From contig CAWBAT010000005.1 in NCBI GenBank assembly GCA_963786955.1, forward strand, positions 1,312,001 to 1,376,000: a stretch of DNA of 64,000 nucleotides, written 5' to 3'. Both the position numbers and the translations under genes were made by a program. Numbering within the stretch: position 1 is the stretch's first letter; each line of letters begins with the position of its first letter. Shown piece after piece: positions 60,852 to 64,000 of this stretch. The notes under the pieces are model-generated. The model was given only the letters and a program-made list of their open reading frames with translations, did no database searches and was not told the origin of the DNA. The stretch is from an uncultured Acidimicrobiia bacterium. Its GTDB lineage: Bacteria; Acidobacteriota; Terriglobia; Versatilivoradales; Versatilivoraceae.

Positions 60852-60938
60852 TGCAGTCCAGAGGCCCACGCCACAATCTTGTGGTGCAGCCGTCCCGACT
60901 GCTGCAGGCTGGCGGAGCGCGCGTCCCAGCCGGAACCA
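60852..60938. repeat. Degenerate GTGG-type REP cluster
   Basis: TGCAGTCCAGAGGCCCACGCCACA / TGTGGTGCAGCCGTCCCGACTGC back to back. Confidence 0.45.
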
Positions 60939-61064
60939 ACAGATCATTCACACACTTTCTGCCCTCCCCCGGTGAGCGGCCGGCAAACTCTGCTCAGTTC
61001 AGTGAAAAGAGAGAAATTGCGCCTGCCTCACTTCCGAATTCAAAATCAATCTTAAAAGAAATAC

Positions 61065-61098
61065 TTGACATTTTCAAAAACGTGCCATATTTTGCACG
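61065..61098 (+). promoter_or_regulatory. Candidate sigma-70 promoter with palindrome
   Basis: TTGACA-N17-TATTTT; CGTGC-N8-GCACG (61081-61098) spans the -10 element. Confidence 0.4.
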
Positions 61099-61378
61099 AC
61101 ATTTACTTAATCAACTTTAGGCTGTTTGGATAAAACGACCCGGAGTGTCGGCGTCTGATCCAAGGTTGCATTCGAATCGTAATCAAAACCCCTGGAAGGG
61201 CAAATCTACCTCTTATCGCCTATCTACAGGGATTTCAGCGTATCAGAAGGGCGAGCCGATAGACCGTTAACTGGGTAATAGGATAAACGGAATTAAGGGC
61301 TTCGTCCGATGGGAATTTGCGGTAGTGAAGCTCTAGCAAATTTGGAATGCGCCATAAACAGCATCTAGGAGTGATTCC

Positions 61379-62350
61379 ATGCAAATATCACACCCCTTTG
61401 CTTCTATTCTCCGTGTTACCGCCCGGTGGATGTTGGCCCTATTTCTAATTTCCAACGTATTGTTCCAGATTAGACTCTTCTTCTTTGAAGAAACAAATTC
61501 AAACTTTCAAGCCCAAACGGCGGCATTGCACCCCATTTTTGAGGGATGGTATTCGAACGAAGATGGAGCCACGTGTAGCTTGGATTTTGGGTATAAGAAT
61601 GACAATGCTGTGACCGTTTCTGTTCCCATCGGCGGAAACAATTTTTTCAGGCCGAGCCCGCAGAATCAAGGTCAGCTAACAAACTTTCCTCCGGGAAGAC
61701 AGCGCCACGTCTTTCGCATCATCGTCCCGGCCAATTATAGTGGGAACAAGCTATGGACTCTGGCCTATGCCGGCTCACGAGAAACGTGCACTGCATTGCT
61801 GAATCCTGCATTGAAGATTGAACCGATTAGCGTCAACGCGGGGCCGGACCAGACCATTACGCTGCCCGCAGCAGCACAACTCCAAGGAACATACACGGAT
61901 GCCGTTCCCGGAGGGACCCCTGTCATCACCTGGAGTACGGTAAGTGGACCGGGAACAGCTTCTTTTCTTCGGACGGATATTCCGGCAACTTCCGTGAGCT
62001 TCTCATCTCCCGGAGACTACGTTCTTCGATTGACCGTTGCCCATGGGCAAATCGTTCGCAATGACGACATTGTCATCAAGGCCAATCCCGCAAATCGGGC
62101 GCCGCAGGTGAATGCCGGGCCAGACCAAACCCTGACCTTGCCAAATGCAGCCTCATTAACCGGTTCTGCCACTGACGACGGACTGCCTGCCGGGTCTACC
62201 CTTACTTTTAACTGGAGTGTCATGAGCGGACCGGGAGCAGTCATCTTCGGCAATTCTGGAGCAGCGGTCACGACGGCTTCTTTTAGCGTCGCAGGTAATT
62301 ACGTGCTCAAGCTGACGGCCAGTGACACTCAACTCGACGAGCGCCGATGA
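61379..62350 (+). CDS. N-terminal part of a large secreted protein (signal/TM plus two PKD/Ig-like repeats), ended by a frameshift
   Basis: VNAGPDQT..W..SGPG..G.YVL.LT repeats; second repeat is cut at SDTQL. Confidence 0.75.
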   Translation: MQISHPFASILRVTARWMLALFLISNVLFQIRLFFFEETNSNFQAQTAALHPIFEGWYSNEDGATCSLDFGYKNDNAVTVSVPIGGNNFFRPSPQNQGQLTNFPPGRQRHVFRIIVPANYSGNKLWTLAYAGSRETCTALLNPALKIEPISVNAGPDQTITLPAAAQLQGTYTDAVPGGTPVITWSTVSGPGTASFLRTDIPATSVSFSSPGDYVLRLTVAHGQIVRNDDIVIKANPANRAPQVNAGPDQTLTLPNAASLTGSATDDGLPAGSTLTFNWSVMSGPGAVIFGNSGAAVTTASFSVAGNYVLKLTASDTQLDERR

Positions 62351-64000
62351 TGTGGCCATTGTGGTCAATCCGGCAGGGCCTGTATTGCCACCTGACCCGT
62401 CCACCGTGGCTCCACCCATAAACCGCACCATGATCATTACCGTAGCGCATGCCACCGAGTTTCTTTATACGGGTGAGAACCCTATCCAGACAGGAATTAC
62501 TCCTGGCGCTATCGAACCTGTCAGAGCCGCCGTACTGCGGGGAAAAATCATTCAACGAGATGGCTCGCCGCTCCCCGGTGTCAAGATTCAAATCAAGGAT
62601 CATGCCGAGTACGGGAGCACTCTGAGCCGTGCCGATGGCATGTTTGATTTGGCCGTCAATGGTGGCGGGCTTCTGACGGTCAACTATGAGAAGGCGGGCT
62701 TCCCGTCACTCCAACGACAGGTCAATCCTCCCTGGCAGGACTATGGGTGGCTCCCACAAGTAGCCATGATTCCGTTTGACTCTCAAGTTTCTACGGTCCA
62801 AGTGGGTCCAAGCTCACCTATTCAGATTGCCCATGGAAATCTTGTTGCCGATGAGAATGGAAGTCGCCGGGCAACCTTGTTATTTCCCGCCGCCGTTTCG
62901 GCAAGCCTGGAAATGTCCGACGGGACCAGCCAACCTTTAAACACCCTGAATGTCCGCCTGACGGAATACACCGTAGGACCGCGCGGTCCGATGGCCATGC
63001 CGGGGACTTTGCCCCCACAAAGCGCCTACACCTACTGTGTCGAACTCAGCGCGGATGAAGCGGTTGCCGTCGCCGCCAAATCCGTTCACTTCAGCCAGCC
63101 TGTGATCCAATACGTTGACAACTACCTGGGATTTCCGGCAGGCGCCAGTGTTCCCCAGGGATATTATGACCGCGACAAAGCTGCATGGGTCGCTTCAGAA
63201 AACGGTCGTGTGATTCACATCCTTTCGATCATAGATGGCCAGGCTGTTCTGGATGTCGAAGGGAATAACACTGCTGCTACACCGGAAGCTCTGGCTGCCC
63301 TAGGGATTACCGGTCCGGAACAACAATCTCTGGCAAGTCTCTTCCAGCCCGGACAAAGCTTCTGGAGAATCCCGATCCCACATTTCACCGCCTGGGACAG
63401 CAATTGGGGAATAAAGGTTCCAGAAGATGCAACGGCGTCTGGTGCAGGATCGCCGAAAGTAATGGCCAGGGTCAATAAGCCGGACTGCGTGAGAGGCTCC
63501 ATTATCGAATGCCAGAACCAGGTGCTCCATGAAAATCTCCGAGTGACGGGCACTCCTTTCAGTATTCATTATGCCAGCGACCGTGTTCCAGGAAGAAAGT
63601 CTGCCAAGACGTTGGAAATCCCAGTCAGCGGTCCGACTGTCCCAGGCAGTCTGAAACGGATCGATGTTGTCATTGAAGTTGGCGGTCAGCGGCATGTTTC
63701 GGCCGATGGACTCTATGATTATAACTACGGCCAACCTCTGGCCGGGAGTTTTCAACCGCTTCCCAATCAGAAGTTGACCTTTACCTGGGATGGGAAAGAT
63801 GGGTATGGCAGGACTGTACAAGGGAGCCAGCCCGTTCGTGTTCGCGTGGGCTACGCTTACGATGGGGTTTATGAAGGAGTCAATCGTTTTGGATACAATG
63901 GTGCAGGTACCCCCATCACATTCGGGAAGACACTCCAGGAGGTGGTTTTGTGGAAAGAGTGGCAAAGCGTCCTGAGTTTGGAAGACAACGCGCTAGGAAC
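62337..64000 (+). CDS. Teneurin-like protein body in the +1 frame, open to the window end
   Basis: About 554 stop-free codons: RAAVLRG..PLPGV..YGSTLSRADGMFDLAVNGGG, then QNQVLHENLRVTGTPFSIHYASDR..TFTWDGKDGYGR..VRVGYAY. Confidence 0.8.

Noticed and set aside
61100-61378. c-di-GMP-I riboswitch (AAGGGCAAA) in the teneurin-like leader
   Set aside because: Lacks the GAAA-capped P2 stem and the following GCAAAG/P3 elements
63300-63965. 221-aa minus-strand ORF and other small ORFs at the window end
   Set aside because: Antisense to the open teneurin-like + frame

Overview
Bacterial chromosomal segment, most likely Acidobacteriota (inferred from gene content and order). Most of it is housekeeping: exosortase/EpsI plus two secreted FN3 proteins; wecB, murA and a peptidoglycan-recycling operon (GH3-serine hydrolase fusion, SIS deaminase, murQ, nagA); an envelope cluster (ribH-nusB-lysS-lolE-lolD-clpC-bamA-propeller-skp-fabZ-lpxA-lpxI-Gfo-tonB); fur-katG, glnA, folD-coaE-ccdA-tlpA-htrA; a cytochrome c-PQQ dehydrogenase; heptose genes; and an SDR-MFS-DHH cluster. 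Five things are not shown by the ORF track. (1) The DedA-rhodanese gene is interrupted by an in-frame UGA exactly at a C-x-U motif and followed by a SECIS-like hairpin, so it is a probable selenoprotein (15302-16276). (2) A teneurin-like giant surface protein is split by a +1 frameshift near 62336 and runs off the window. (3) A decayed C-terminal remnant of a monofunctional catalase lies directly behind a GC-rich katG, suggesting in situ replacement. (4) A REP-associated tyrosine transposase is bracketed by direct-repeat REP modules carrying 18-bp tandem arrays, and several other REP/BIME families are present. (5) A shared ~215-aa C-terminal domain occurs in an FN3 protein and in a beta-propeller protein encoded between bamA and skp. 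No tRNA, rRNA or CRISPR array was seen. All calls are by eye from motifs; no database search was run.
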